DNA of 45,356 nucleotides from an uncultured Conexibacter sp. (GCA_964648515.1 CAZYMM010000001.1:1-45356), one strand, 5' to 3'. Shown: positions 10,104-19,652, numbered from the stretch's first letter. Numbers and translations: made by a program. The notes: generated by a model not told the origin, from the letters alone.

Positions 10104-10436
10104 CTACTTCATCGCGTCCTTGACGCACTTCGCAGCGGTCGCCGATGCATTCGACTCGGTGTCCGAGCCCTTGACCTGCTCGAGCGGCATCTTGCCCGCG
10201 AGCCAGGAGTCGATGTCTGCGCCCTTGCCCTTGTCCTTGAGGTAGTCGGCGATGCAGTTGATCGCCTTGTCGTACTTGTCCCCGGGAAGGACCTTCTTGA
10301 GCTCGGTGAAGGTCGGCTCCTGCTTGAGCTTGGCCGCGATGTCGCCGGCCGAATGCGAGCTGCCGCCGCAGCTGGCGGCGACCGTGATCGCCGACACCGC
10401 GAGCAGCGCGGGGATTCGTCGAAATCTCAGGTTCAT
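10104..10436 (-). CDS. Small hypothetical lipoprotein (110 aa)
   Basis: MNLRFRRIPALLAVSAITVAASC has a signal peptide and lipobox-like Cys; Lys-rich mature part with a Cys pair; TAGCGT -10 box 7 nt upstream of ATG. Confidence 0.7.
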   Translation of the reverse strand: MNLRFRRIPALLAVSAITVAASCGGSSHSAGDIAAKLKQEPTFTELKKVLPGDKYDKAINCIADYLKDKGKGADIDSWLAGKMPLEQVKGSDTESNASATAAKCVKDAMK

Positions 10437-10494
10437 GGGCAAGACGCTATAGATCCCGGCGGTCGCCGCGCTGCGATCACCTACGCTGACCGCG

Positions 10495-11478
10495 ATGAGC
10501 GAGCAGCAGCAGGTGCGGAGCGGGGCGTGGGCGGCCGGGATCGCCACGATCGACTCCGCGAGTGGCCGGACCCTTGACGTGCGGTTCAGACCGCCGGTCC
10601 TCGGCGACGCCGGCGGCGTGCCGGGCAGCGAGCGGCTCTCGGCCGAGCAGACCGCCGCGCACGGCCTTCCGATCGCGCCGGCACATGACCCGCTGCGGGC
10701 GGTCGATCTGGTCCCGGTCCTGACCCGGATCGCCGACCTCAGCGTGGCGCCCGCCGGCACCGAGGATGCGTACCTGCGGCTGCACCTGCTCAGCCACCGC
10801 CTGGTGCGGCCGAACACGATCGCGCTCGCCGGCATCTTCAGCGTGCTGCCGAACGTGGCCTGGACGAGCAGCGGCCCGATCGACCTCGACGCGCTCGAGG
10901 CGGCCCGCGACCGCCATCTGATCGTCGGGCGTGCGCTGGCCGTGACCGCCGTCGACAAGTTCCCGCGGATGACCGACTACGTCGTGCCGGCCGGCGTGCG
11001 CATCGCCGATGCCGACCGGGTCCGCCTCGGGGCCCATCTGGCCGAGGGCACGACGGTCATGCACGAGGGGTTCGTCAACTTCAATGCCGGCACGCTCGGG
11101 CACTCGATGGTCGAGGGCCGCATCAGCCAGGGCGTCGTGATCGGCGACGGGACCGACCTCGGCGGCGGCAGCTCGATCATGGGGACGCTGTCGGGTGGCG
11201 GCACAACCGTGATCAGCCTTGGCGCGAGGTGCCTGCTCGGTGCCAACGCCGGGCTCGGCATCTCGCTCGGCGACGGCTGCATCGTCGAGGCCGGCCTCTA
11301 CGTGACGGCCGGGACCGTCATCGAGCTGCCCGACGGGACGCACGTCAAGGGCCGCGATCTGTCCGGCGCCGACGGGCTGCTCTTCCGGCGCAACTCCGTC
11401 AGCGGCGCTGTGCAGGCGCTGCCGGTCAAGGGCGGCTCCTGGCAGGGCCTCAACGCCGCGCTGCACGCGCACAACTGA
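10495..11478 (+). CDS. dapD: Tetrahydrodipicolinate N-succinyltransferase (actinobacterial type)
   Basis: 'DAYLRLHLLSHRLVRPN', 'VDKFPRMTDYVVP', 'TTVMHEGFVNFNAGTLG.SMVEGRISQG', 'LFRRNS'. Confidence 0.96.
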   Translation: MSEQQQVRSGAWAAGIATIDSASGRTLDVRFRPPVLGDAGGVPGSERLSAEQTAAHGLPIAPAHDPLRAVDLVPVLTRIADLSVAPAGTEDAYLRLHLLSHRLVRPNTIALAGIFSVLPNVAWTSSGPIDLDALEAARDRHLIVGRALAVTAVDKFPRMTDYVVPAGVRIADADRVRLGAHLAEGTTVMHEGFVNFNAGTLGHSMVEGRISQGVVIGDGTDLGGGSSIMGTLSGGGTTVISLGARCLLGANAGLGISLGDGCIVEAGLYVTAGTVIELPDGTHVKGRDLSGADGLLFRRNSVSGAVQALPVKGGSWQGLNAALHAHN

Positions 11479-11496
11479 CGGGCCTCTGGGCTGCGC

Positions 11497-12579
11497 TCAG
11501 CCCACGATCAGCCGTCGCAGCGCCTGGTAGGAGGCGGCTAGCGCGGCAGCCGCAACCTGCTCGTCACGGCGGTGGGCGAAGGCGGGGTCGCCGGGGCCGA
11601 AGTTGACTGCGTCGACACCGGCGAGCGCGAACTCCGCGACCGGCGTCCATGCCTGCTTGGGCTGAAAGCCGGACCGCTCGCCAGCTGCGGCTGCCAGGGC
11701 GTCGAGCAGCGGGCTGTCGTCCGGAACGGCTCCCGAAGGAGCGTTGCCTGCGAACTCGAGGATCGCCTTGCCGGCCGACGCCAGCTCGCAGCGCCGGCGC
11801 AGGCCGTCCTCGGCGGTGGCGGCGCTGGTGCCGGGCGCGTAACGATGGTTGAGCTCGACCGTGCAGCTGCCGGGAACGACGTTGCGGGCGATTCCGCCCG
11901 CGATCATCACGGCCGTGGTCACCGCGGTGAACGTCAGCCCGGCGAACTCGTGCTCGACCGGCGCTTCGGCTGCCAGCGCCGTGATCGCGCGAGCGGCGTG
12001 CTCGATCGCGTTGTCGGCGAGCCAGGGCCGCGCGCTGTGGCCGGCGGTGCCCGAGAACGTCCAGGTCGCGTTGAGGTTGCCCAGGCAGCCGAGCTGGATC
12101 CGGTTCGCCGTCGGCTCCATCACGATCGCCAGATCGGCCGATCTCAGTCCGGGTTCACGCTCCAGCAGCGGTGTCAGCGAGGTTGCCGTGAACGGCAGCT
12201 CCTCGCGCGGGAAGAAGACGGCACCGACGTCGAGTGTCCGTTCGGTGGGAAGGTCGAGCAGCAGCTCGATCATCACCGCCAGCGCGCCCTTCATGTCGGC
12301 GGCACCGAGGCCGTGAACGACACCGCCCGCATAGCGGGCAGGCAGGTCGTCCTGAGCTGGGACGGTGTCGAGATGGCCGGCAAGCAGCACCAGCGGCCGC
12401 TCGCCGCGGCTCGTCGTCCCGGCCAGCACGCAGTCGTCACCGGCATCGCGGGCACCTGCCGGTTCGAGCACCGCGTGCACCAGCCCGGCAAGCTCACCCT
12501 CCTCACCGGATGGCGATGCGCAGTCGACGAGCTGCACGAGACGCGCGGCGAGGCGGTCCTCCAAGGCACGATCGCTCAC
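11497..12579 (-). CDS. dapE: Succinyl-diaminopimelate desuccinylase (M20 family)
   Basis: 'AGHLDTVP', 'GLGAADMKG', 'REE', 'GCLGN', 'HSARPW', 'NFGPGDP..AHRRDE'. Confidence 0.92.
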   Translation of the reverse strand: MSDRALEDRLAARLVQLVDCASPSGEEGELAGLVHAVLEPAGARDAGDDCVLAGTTSRGERPLVLLAGHLDTVPAQDDLPARYAGGVVHGLGAADMKGALAVMIELLLDLPTERTLDVGAVFFPREELPFTATSLTPLLEREPGLRSADLAIVMEPTANRIQLGCLGNLNATWTFSGTAGHSARPWLADNAIEHAARAITALAAEAPVEHEFAGLTFTAVTTAVMIAGGIARNVVPGSCTVELNHRYAPGTSAATAEDGLRRRCELASAGKAILEFAGNAPSGAVPDDSPLLDALAAAAGERSGFQPKQAWTPVAEFALAGVDAVNFGPGDPAFAHRRDEQVAAAALAASYQALRRLIVG

Positions 12580-12611
12580 AGCCGCAACCTAGCGCGGCGT
12601 AGACTCGGCTG

Positions 12612-13889
12612 GTGATGGCAGCCGGCAGCAGCGCCCAGCCCGCACAGCCGCGGGCCAAGCAGCGCGCCTACTGCATCGCCGCGTTGCCGGCCGGAGACGA
12701 TCTCTCCGAACTGCACGAGCTGCTGCGCACGGCGGGGGTCGCGGTCGTCGGCAACACCGTTCAGCACCTCGATCGCCCGCACCCCAACACGTATCTCGGT
12801 CCGGGCAAGCTGCGCGAGGTCGCTGCAGCTGCCAAGGCCGCCGACGCCAACGTGATCGTCTGTGACGACGAGCTGTCGCCGCGCCAGGAGCGCAACCTCG
12901 AGCGTGAGCTCGAGCTGTCTGTCGTCGACCGCACGGCCACGATCCTCGACATCTTCGCCACCCACGCATCCACCGCCGAGGGCAAGCTCCAGGTCGAGCT
13001 CGCGCAGCTCGAGTACAACCTCGCGCGGATGCGCGGTCTCTGGACGCACCTCGAGCGGCTCGGCGGCGTCAGCTCGGGCGGGTTCGCGACACGTGGCCCC
13101 GGCGAGTCGCAGATCGAGACCGACCGGCGGCTGGCCCGCGACCGGATCGCCGCGCTGCGCCGCCGGCTCGAGCGCGTCCGCCGCACCCGCGCCACCCAGC
13201 GGGCCGAGCGCGAGCGCGCGCACCTGCCGGCGATCGCACTCGCCGGCTACACGAACGCAGGCAAGTCGACGCTGCTGAACGCGCTCACGGGCAGCGATGT
13301 CGGCGTCCGCGACCGGCTCTTCCACACGCTCGACCCGACCACGCGCCAGCTCGAGATCGACGGGCGCACCTATCTGCTCACCGACACCGTCGGCTTCATC
13401 CGCAAGCTTCCGCATCAGCTCGTCGACGCCTTCGGCGCCACGCTCGAAGAGACGCGGTTCGCCGACCTGATCCTTCACGTGATCGACGCGTCGGCCGAGG
13501 AGGACGAGCTGCTGGCGATGCTGGCGTCGGTCGAGGCGACACTTGAGGAGATCAGCGCCGGCGACCGGCCGCGGCTGCTGGTGCTCAACAAGATCGACGC
13601 CGCCACGGCCGAACGGCGCAGTGAGCTGAGCTTCCGTCACCGCGACGGCATCGCCGTCAGCGCACTGACCGGTGAAGGACTCGAGCTGCTGCGAGCCGCG
13701 ATCGAGCAGGCGCTCAGCGCGGGACTGCGCTCGGTCGAGCTGCTCGTGCCCTACGCCGACGGGGCTCGGCTGGCCGAGCTGCACGAGCTGGCCGGCGACC
13801 TGCACCGCGAGGACACCGCCGACGGCGTGCGCGTCGTGGTTCGCCTGCCGGCCGAGATCGCGGCCCGCTTCGCACGCTACGCGGCCTGA
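12612..13889 (+). CDS. hflX: GTPase HflX
   Basis: 'EGKLQVELAQLEY', 'RGPGESQIETDRR', 'GYTNAGKST', 'DTVGFIRKLPH', 'NKID'. Confidence 0.97.
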   Translation: MMAAGSSAQPAQPRAKQRAYCIAALPAGDDLSELHELLRTAGVAVVGNTVQHLDRPHPNTYLGPGKLREVAAAAKAADANVIVCDDELSPRQERNLERELELSVVDRTATILDIFATHASTAEGKLQVELAQLEYNLARMRGLWTHLERLGGVSSGGFATRGPGESQIETDRRLARDRIAALRRRLERVRRTRATQRAERERAHLPAIALAGYTNAGKSTLLNALTGSDVGVRDRLFHTLDPTTRQLEIDGRTYLLTDTVGFIRKLPHQLVDAFGATLEETRFADLILHVIDASAEEDELLAMLASVEATLEEISAGDRPRLLVLNKIDAATAERRSELSFRHRDGIAVSALTGEGLELLRAAIEQALSAGLRSVELLVPYADGARLAELHELAGDLHREDTADGVRVVVRLPAEIAARFARYAA

Positions 13890-13922
13890 GAATCCACGCC
13901 GGCGGCGGCAGGATGCCGGCGC

Positions 13923-14354
13923 TCAGCGCCCGGAGGAGCCGAAGCCGTCACTGCCGCGGCCGTCGGGGGATGGCGGCAGCTGGGCGACCAGCTCGACCTG
14001 TGGTGAACCGAACGGGACGAGCAGCAGCTGGGCGATGCGGTCGCCGGCCTCGATCCGGTGTGGCCGCTCGCCCATGTTGCGCAGCGTCACCTTGAGCTCG
14101 CCGCGATAGCCGGGGTCGATCAGGCCGAGCACCGGTACGACACCGTGGCGTGCGGCAAGACCGGACCGCGGCACGATCAGCCCGCACCAGCCGGACGGGA
14201 TCGCGACGGCGACGCCGGTGCCCGCGAGCACGCGCTCACCGGCAGCGAGCGTGACGGCGTCGAGCACGCTCAAGTCGTAGCCGGCGTCGCCGTCGCGGGT
14301 CCGCGACGGCGGCGTCGCACGCGGGTCGAGCAGGCTGGTGGGGAGGACGTGCAC
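13923..14354 (-). CDS. dut: dUTP pyrophosphatase
   Basis: Trimeric dUTPase motifs 'DAGYDL', 'PRSGLAA', 'GLIDPGYRGE', 'GDRIAQL', 'RGSDGFGSSG'. Confidence 0.95.
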   Translation of the reverse strand: MHVLPTSLLDPRATPPSRTRDGDAGYDLSVLDAVTLAAGERVLAGTGVAVAIPSGWCGLIVPRSGLAARHGVVPVLGLIDPGYRGELKVTLRNMGERPHRIEAGDRIAQLLLVPFGSPQVELVAQLPPSPDGRGSDGFGSSGR

Positions 14355-14359
14355 GGCGC

Positions 14360-15097
14360 TCAGACCCCCGCTGCCGCACGCGCACTGCGATGGGCGGCAT
14401 CCTCCATGCGGTCATCGAGCGGCGCCAGCTCGGCGGTCGTACGGCCGAGCGCGGTCGCGGTCAGCCAGTCGGCGAACCAGACGTTCTTTGGCAGTAGCGG
14501 GCCGTGCAGGTAGGTCCCGATCACCGACCCGGCCAGCACCCCCTCCTGACCGGAGCGGCCGTCGTTGCCGTGGCCGCGCAGCACGCGGCCGAGCGGGGCG
14601 GTGCCCGCGCCGAGCAGCGTGCGGCCGGCGTGGTTCTCGAAGCCTGCGAGCACACGCGGGCGATCGCTGCCCGGCAGCCGCACCTCGATCGCGATGTTGC
14701 CGGTCAGCCGCGGGCCATCACCGCGGACCGTCGTCAGGTCGACCAGCGCGATCCCGGGGACACGCTCACCACCGGCCGCGTAGTGGTGGCCGAGCAGCTG
14801 GATACCGCCGCAGATGCCGAGCACGAGCGCGCCGCGTGCCGCGGCGGCATGGAGCGCGTCGCGTTTGTGCTCGACGAGGTCCTCGGCGACGATGCGCTGG
14901 TCGCGGTCCTGGCCGCCGCCGAGATAGAAGATGTCGTGGGCGTCCGGATCGATCGCATCGCCGATGCCGGCAGCTGTGATCCGGCAGCCGATCCCGCGCC
15001 AGGCGCAGCGGCGTTCGAGCACCAGCAGGTTGCCGCGATCGGCATAGATGTTCATGACGTCCGGGTAGAGGGCGCAGATGCGAAGCAGGTCAGGCAG
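14360..15097 (-). CDS. gatD: Lipid II isoglutaminyl synthase glutaminase subunit GatD (type 1 glutamine amidotransferase)
   Basis: 'LYPDVMNIYADRGN', 'GGGQDRDQ', 'GICGGIQLL', 'GFENHAG', 'TYLHGPLLPKN'. Conserved N-terminus extends past ATG 15055 to a CTG at 15097 (start inferred). Confidence 0.88.
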   Translation of the reverse strand: MPDLLRICALYPDVMNIYADRGNLLVLERRCAWRGIGCRITAAGIGDAIDPDAHDIFYLGGGQDRDQRIVAEDLVEHKRDALHAAAARGALVLGICGGIQLLGHHYAAGGERVPGIALVDLTTVRGDGPRLTGNIAIEVRLPGSDRPRVLAGFENHAGRTLLGAGTAPLGRVLRGHGNDGRSGQEGVLAGSVIGTYLHGPLLPKNVWFADWLTATALGRTTAELAPLDDRMEDAAHRSARAAAGV

Positions 15098-15830
15098 CGG
15101 CGATCACCACCGTCGAGCCGACGTATTCGGCGGTTGCGGCGACCGTGCGCGGTGGTCGCCGGGCCAGCCCGCAGGCGAGCGCATCGGCACGCAGCCGCTC
15201 GGGACGCAGGTGGGCCAGCCGTGTGCGGTCCTCCTCGCCGCCGGTCTGCTCGCCGATCGTTCGGATCCGGTGGATCACAACGTGGTCGCCGTGATCGGTC
15301 AGGGCAACTGTCTGGCTGCGATATGCGACCCCGCCGGCGATGACGACATCGGCGGGCGGCAGACCGTCTGCCGGCCCGTCGAAGGCCTGGAGCGCGTCGG
15401 CGACCGCGATCGCGACGAGGCCGCCCGGCTGAAGGTGCGTGCGCGCGCAGCGCAGGAACGAGCGACGTTCGGCGGCTCCGTCGAGCAGCTGGACCGTCTG
15501 CATCGGCATGATCACGAGCGCGAACCGCTCGCCCAGCTCGAACGCGGTCGCGTCGGCGACGGCGGTCGTCACAGCGAGCCCGCGGCTCGCTGCCCGTTCG
15601 GCCAATGCCCCGAGCAGAGCCGGGTCGTGGTCGAGCGCGGTCACCTCATGGCCGTGTGCGGCGAGCTCGAGCGCGACGCGACCGGTGCCGGCGCCGACAT
15701 CGAGAACCGGGCCGCCGCAGGCGTCGGCGAGGCTGAGCCAGAGCGCGAGATCCTCGCGATAATGGCCGCATTCGGCATCGTGCCAGAGCACTCGCAGGGC
15801 GTCGGCGGCGAGCCGCTCGGCACCGATCAT
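15090..15830 (-). CDS. Class I SAM-dependent methyltransferase
   Basis: 'PVLDVGAGTGRVAL', 'ALDHD', 'ADATAF', 'HLQPGG'; overlaps both murT and gatD. Confidence 0.88.
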   Translation of the reverse strand: MIGAERLAADALRVLWHDAECGHYREDLALWLSLADACGGPVLDVGAGTGRVALELAAHGHEVTALDHDPALLGALAERAASRGLAVTTAVADATAFELGERFALVIMPMQTVQLLDGAAERRSFLRCARTHLQPGGLVAIAVADALQAFDGPADGLPPADVVIAGGVAYRSQTVALTDHGDHVVIHRIRTIGEQTGGEEDRTRLAHLRPERLRADALACGLARRPPRTVAATAEYVGSTVVIAAA

Positions 15831-17203
15831 GCGAAGCTCTCCCGCGCGGCGCCGCGGTCGACGAGCAGCTCGCGCAGAGCCAGCATCGCCGTGTAGGTCG
15901 GCAGCGCGATCACGCGGCCCGCTCCCGGCAGCGCGAGCACCCGGTCGAGCGCAGGGCCGAGCTCGCGCTCGACGACGATGTTCTGCGGGTCGAAGCCCGC
16001 GTACTTGAGCCGCAGGGCCAGCTCATCGGCACGGTCGCCGCTGCAGACGACCCGGATCTGCCGGCCGGCGAGCAGCTCGTAGTCGGCGTCCCAGATCCAG
16101 GAGATGTCGCGGCCGTCGGCGATCCGGTCGTTGAGCACCGCGAGAATGCGAAGCGGGCCGTCTTCGAGCGCGACGGTGCGCAGCACCTCGTTCGCTCCGG
16201 CCGGGTTCTTGACCAACAGCAGCAGCAGTTCGCGGCCGCCGACCGTCACGATCTCGCCGCGCCCGAAGGCCGGCGGCGTCGCCGCGATCCCGGCCGCGAC
16301 CTGTTCGAGGCTCGCGCCGAGCGTCAGCGTCAGCGCTGCGGCGCCGAGCGCGTTGTAGACGTTGTAGAGGCCTGGGAGGGGGAGCTGCACGCGACAGCTG
16401 CCCTGCGCGGAGTTCAGCGTGAACGAGGAGCCCGCAAGGCCGTCGAGCGAGATCCCGGTCGCGGTCACCTCCGGCGCCGGGCGTCCTGCGCCGCAGGCGT
16501 CGCAGTGGTAGTGGCCGAGGTGGCCGAGGAAGATCCGGTCGTAGACATAGGCGGCGCCGCAGCGTCGGCAGCGCTTGGCGTCGGCGGCATGGTCGTCGCC
16601 GGCTGCCGCCACGTCCGGGTCCTCGATTCCGTAGATGACCCTGTCGGCGCCGCCGAGGCCGGCGACGAACGGGTCGTCGGCGTTGATCACCAGCGTCGTC
16701 GATGTTGCGGCCTGTGCCATCGCCGCCCAGCGCGCGGCGATCGTCTCGATCTCGCCATAGCGGTCGAGCTGGTCGCGGAAGAGGTTGCCGAGCAGCAGCA
16801 CCCGGGGACGCAGCTCGGCGACCAGGCCGTCGAGCCAAAACTCGTCGATTTCGAACAGGCCGATGTCGGTGTCGCGGCCGCGCTGCAGCAGCGCGCCGGC
16901 GATGCCGCCGGCCATGTTCGCGCCGGCACGGTTGTAGACCGGGCGCCGTCCGCTGCGCTCGAGGATCGTGGCTGCCAGCGCGGCGGTCGTCGTCTTGCCG
17001 TTGGTGGCGGAGATGACGGCACTGCCGCCGGTCAGCTCGGTGGCAAGGCGGCCGACCGCGTGCGGATCGAGTGCGAGCAGCAGCTTGCCCGGCAGCGACG
17101 TTCCGCCCCGTCCCGCTAGCCGCGACAGTGCGCCGGCCGCCTGTGCGAGGCGGACCTTGGCGCGCAGCGCGACAGGGCGGGTGGCGGGGGAGGTCACGGC
17201 CAT
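15827..17203 (-). CDS. murT: Lipid II isoglutaminyl synthase subunit MurT (Mur ligase + DUF1727)
   Basis: 'SATNGKTTT', 'GANMAGGI', 'NLFRDQLDRYGE', Cys4 zinc finger (CRRC..CDAC), 'KNPAG', 'DGRDISWIWD'. Confidence 0.92.
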   Translation of the reverse strand: MAVTSPATRPVALRAKVRLAQAAGALSRLAGRGGTSLPGKLLLALDPHAVGRLATELTGGSAVISATNGKTTTAALAATILERSGRRPVYNRAGANMAGGIAGALLQRGRDTDIGLFEIDEFWLDGLVAELRPRVLLLGNLFRDQLDRYGEIETIAARWAAMAQAATSTTLVINADDPFVAGLGGADRVIYGIEDPDVAAAGDDHAADAKRCRRCGAAYVYDRIFLGHLGHYHCDACGAGRPAPEVTATGISLDGLAGSSFTLNSAQGSCRVQLPLPGLYNVYNALGAAALTLTLGASLEQVAAGIAATPPAFGRGEIVTVGGRELLLLLVKNPAGANEVLRTVALEDGPLRILAVLNDRIADGRDISWIWDADYELLAGRQIRVVCSGDRADELALRLKYAGFDPQNIVVERELGPALDRVLALPGAGRVIALPTYTAMLALRELLVDRGAARESFA

Positions 17204-17219
17204 CGGCGCGCCGGTCAGG

Positions 17220-17729
17220 CTACCGGCCGCAGAATGGCCGCTTGCCGTCGGTGCGGATCTCGAAATGGCGTCGGCCGTCGTGGTCGCCGGTGTGGACCAT
17301 TCCCGCACTGCGAACGACGTGCTCGGCGGCGCGGTTCGCGGGATCCATCTCGGTGCGCAGGCAGCGGATCTCCGGCTGCTCGAGCGCCCAGGCGATCAGC
17401 CTGGACACCGCTTCGGTCGCGTAGCCGCGACCGCGCTCGGCCGGCACGATGCCGAAGACGATCGACGCCTCACCGAGTTCGTCCGGTGGGCCGTAGAAGG
17501 CGACGTCGCCGATCACCAGACCGCGAGAGCGCAGCACGACCTGGAAGTGCCCGAACCGTGCCGAGAGCCGACCGCGTGCCGCGACCTGCGCAGCGAGGGC
17601 GATCAGCGTGCTGTCCAGCGGATATCCGCCGGCGACCTCCGTCGCTGGCAGCCTGCCGCCGTTGATCGCTGTCCGGATCTCGGTCGGGGTCAGGCGGCGC
17701 AGGCTGAGGCGCTCGGCGGTGAGGACCAC
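17220..17729 (-). CDS. GNAT/RimJ-like N-acetyltransferase
   Basis: 'LTAERLSLR', 'RGRGYATEAV', 'NRAAEHVVRSAG'. Start GTG 17729 (or 17732); TAGGGT -10 lies 6 nt upstream of 17729. Confidence 0.85.
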   Translation of the reverse strand: MVLTAERLSLRRLTPTEIRTAINGGRLPATEVAGGYPLDSTLIALAAQVAARGRLSARFGHFQVVLRSRGLVIGDVAFYGPPDELGEASIVFGIVPAERGRGYATEAVSRLIAWALEQPEIRCLRTEMDPANRAAEHVVRSAGMVHTGDHDGRRHFEIRTDGKRPFCGR

Positions 17730-17778
17730 CACCGGACCCTAACCGGAACGCGACTGCCGTTCCAGTGCGTCGCCGGCG

Positions 17779-18471
17779 TCAGCGCAGCGACTGTTCAGGC
17801 GCGTCGTCGAGACAGTCGGGCGCGTCGTGACCAGCGTCGTTGACGGCATACCCGACCGGCCGGGCCACCAGCGGCGGCGGGTCGTCGGCGAGGATCGCCG
17901 AGACAACCTCCGCGGGCGCATCGGGGTCGAGCCATGCCGCCTCGGCGGTAGCGTCGCCGAGGATGACCGGTTGACGGTCGTGGATCTCGGCGGCGCGCCC
18001 GGTCGCCGTGCGGGTCAGGATCGTCGCGGTCAGCAGCGGTGGCAGCGCACCGTCGGCCGGTTTCCAGGCGGCCCAGAGCCCGGCGAACGCGAACGGACCG
18101 TGATCTTCTCGGGTCAGGTGGAAGGGCTGTTTGCGCGTCTGCCCAGGGCGCCGCTGCCACTCGTAGAAGCCGTCGGCGGGGATCAGGCAGCGCCGGCGGC
18201 GCAGCGCGTCACGGAACGCGGGCTTCTCGGCCGCCGTCTCCGAGCGGGCGTTGATCATCCGGTAGCCGATCTTCGGGTCCTTGGCCCAGTGCGGAACCAG
18301 ACCCCAGCGCAGCAGCGTGCCGCGCTCGCCGGCCGGCTGCGGCGCGGTGATCGCGATGATCTCCTGGCCGGGGCAGATGTTGTAGCGCGGCCCGGCGACG
18401 ATGCTCTCGCTGAGCCCGAACCGCGCCTGCAGCTGCTGTGACGGGCCTGCGAGCGTGTAGCGGCCGCACAC
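17779..18471 (-). CDS. SOS response-associated peptidase (SRAP/YedK-like abasic-site protein)
   Basis: N-terminal 'MCGRY', 'RWGLVPHW', 'INARSET', 'PADGFYEW', 'IHDRQP'. Confidence 0.95.
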   Translation of the reverse strand: MCGRYTLAGPSQQLQARFGLSESIVAGPRYNICPGQEIIAITAPQPAGERGTLLRWGLVPHWAKDPKIGYRMINARSETAAEKPAFRDALRRRRCLIPADGFYEWQRRPGQTRKQPFHLTREDHGPFAFAGLWAAWKPADGALPPLLTATILTRTATGRAAEIHDRQPVILGDATAEAAWLDPDAPAEVVSAILADDPPPLVARPVGYAVNDAGHDAPDCLDDAPEQSLR

Positions 18472-18483
18472 CGCCGGGTGCCC

Positions 18484-19104
18484 TCAGCGTCCGGCCGCGC
18501 GCTGCGCCTTGGCCTGCGCCTGCCGCCGCCGGCCGCGCAGGAACAGCAGGCCGAACGCGATCAGCAGCACCAGCAGGCCGAGCCATACGCCGCCGGTGGT
18601 GCCGATGCCGCCGAACGGCAGTGCCACCAGCTTGACGACGCCGAACGCCGCAGCCAGCAGCACGATCAGAATCACGATCATCAGCAGGATTCCACGGATC
18701 CGCTTCCACAAGGGCGCCGATCCGCCGGGCGCGACCAGACCCATGATCCGGAACATGCGCAGTTGGCCGGCCGACGGGGCCTCCTGACCGAGCTTCTCGA
18801 CCGCGGCCTTGAGATCGTCGGCGCGGCGTTCAGCCAGAGCCAGCGATGCATCGGCCATCCGGCGGATCCCCATCCGCTCCTGTGGCCGAGCCGCTGCAAG
18901 AGCCTTGCGGAAATGCTCTCGGGTGGCCTTCGCATCGAAACGCTCGGCCGCACGCGAACCGAGGATCGCCTGGGCGGCGGCGCGATGGCGCTGCTCACGC
19001 TCGAGCTCCTCATCGGAGCGCTGCTCGAGCTGTGTCATCGCCTGCATCATCGATGCCTGCTGGCTCTTGACCTGCTGCTTGACCTGGCGCTGCTTGGGCG
19101 GCAT
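18484..19104 (-). CDS. Hypothetical membrane protein (helical N-terminal domain, two C-terminal TM helices)
   Basis: ORF from MPPKQRQVKQ..., GC-rich codon pattern, two hydrophobic segments; TACGCT upstream of start. Confidence 0.7.
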   Translation of the reverse strand: MPPKQRQVKQQVKSQQASMMQAMTQLEQRSDEELEREQRHRAAAQAILGSRAAERFDAKATREHFRKALAAARPQERMGIRRMADASLALAERRADDLKAAVEKLGQEAPSAGQLRMFRIMGLVAPGGSAPLWKRIRGILLMIVILIVLLAAAFGVVKLVALPFGGIGTTGGVWLGLLVLLIAFGLLFLRGRRRQAQAKAQRAAGR

Positions 19105-19158
19105 AGCCGCTACAGCGTACCGGCCAGTCGTCGGCGCTCCGTGCAACGATCTGCACCG

Positions 19159-19548
19159 ATGCGCCGGCACTCTGTCACGATCCTCGTTGCCCTCGTCTGC
19201 CTCGTTGCTACGCCGGCCGCAGGCGCCCAACAGGACCCGTTCGGCGGCACGCCGGCGATACCGGTCCAGCCGCAGCCGACGACGACGCCGGCGCGGAACG
19301 GTGACAACGGGCTGCCCGGTTGGCAATCCGCGCTGCTGCTCGCCGCAGGTGCGGCCCTGCTCGGCGGCGTCGCATGGCTGATCGTGCGCGACGCCCGTCG
19401 CAAGGCGCCGGCGCCCGACGCGACGAAGGCCGCCGATGTCGAACGCTCGCGCCGCGAGCGCGAGGCCGAACACCAGCGCCGCAAGCAGGACACGCGCAAG
19501 AAGAACCGTGCCGCCAAAGCGGCCCGCCGGCACAACCGGCCGCGCTGA
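19159..19548 (+). CDS. Hypothetical exported/membrane protein
   Basis: Signal peptide ending in an A-G-A motif, Pro/Thr-rich linker, TM helix, very basic C-terminal tail. Confidence 0.65.
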   Translation: MRRHSVTILVALVCLVATPAAGAQQDPFGGTPAIPVQPQPTTTPARNGDNGLPGWQSALLLAAGAALLGGVAWLIVRDARRKAPAPDATKAADVERSRREREAEHQRRKQDTRKKNRAAKAARRHNRPR

Positions 19549-19652
19549 CCGCCTGCCCGTGACCGCACCGAGCGCTCGTTCGCAGCTCAGGACCTGTGTC
19601 GCGCTCGTCAGCCCGCGTGCGGCGGTGCCGGATGCAATCTGAGCGGCTCTGC

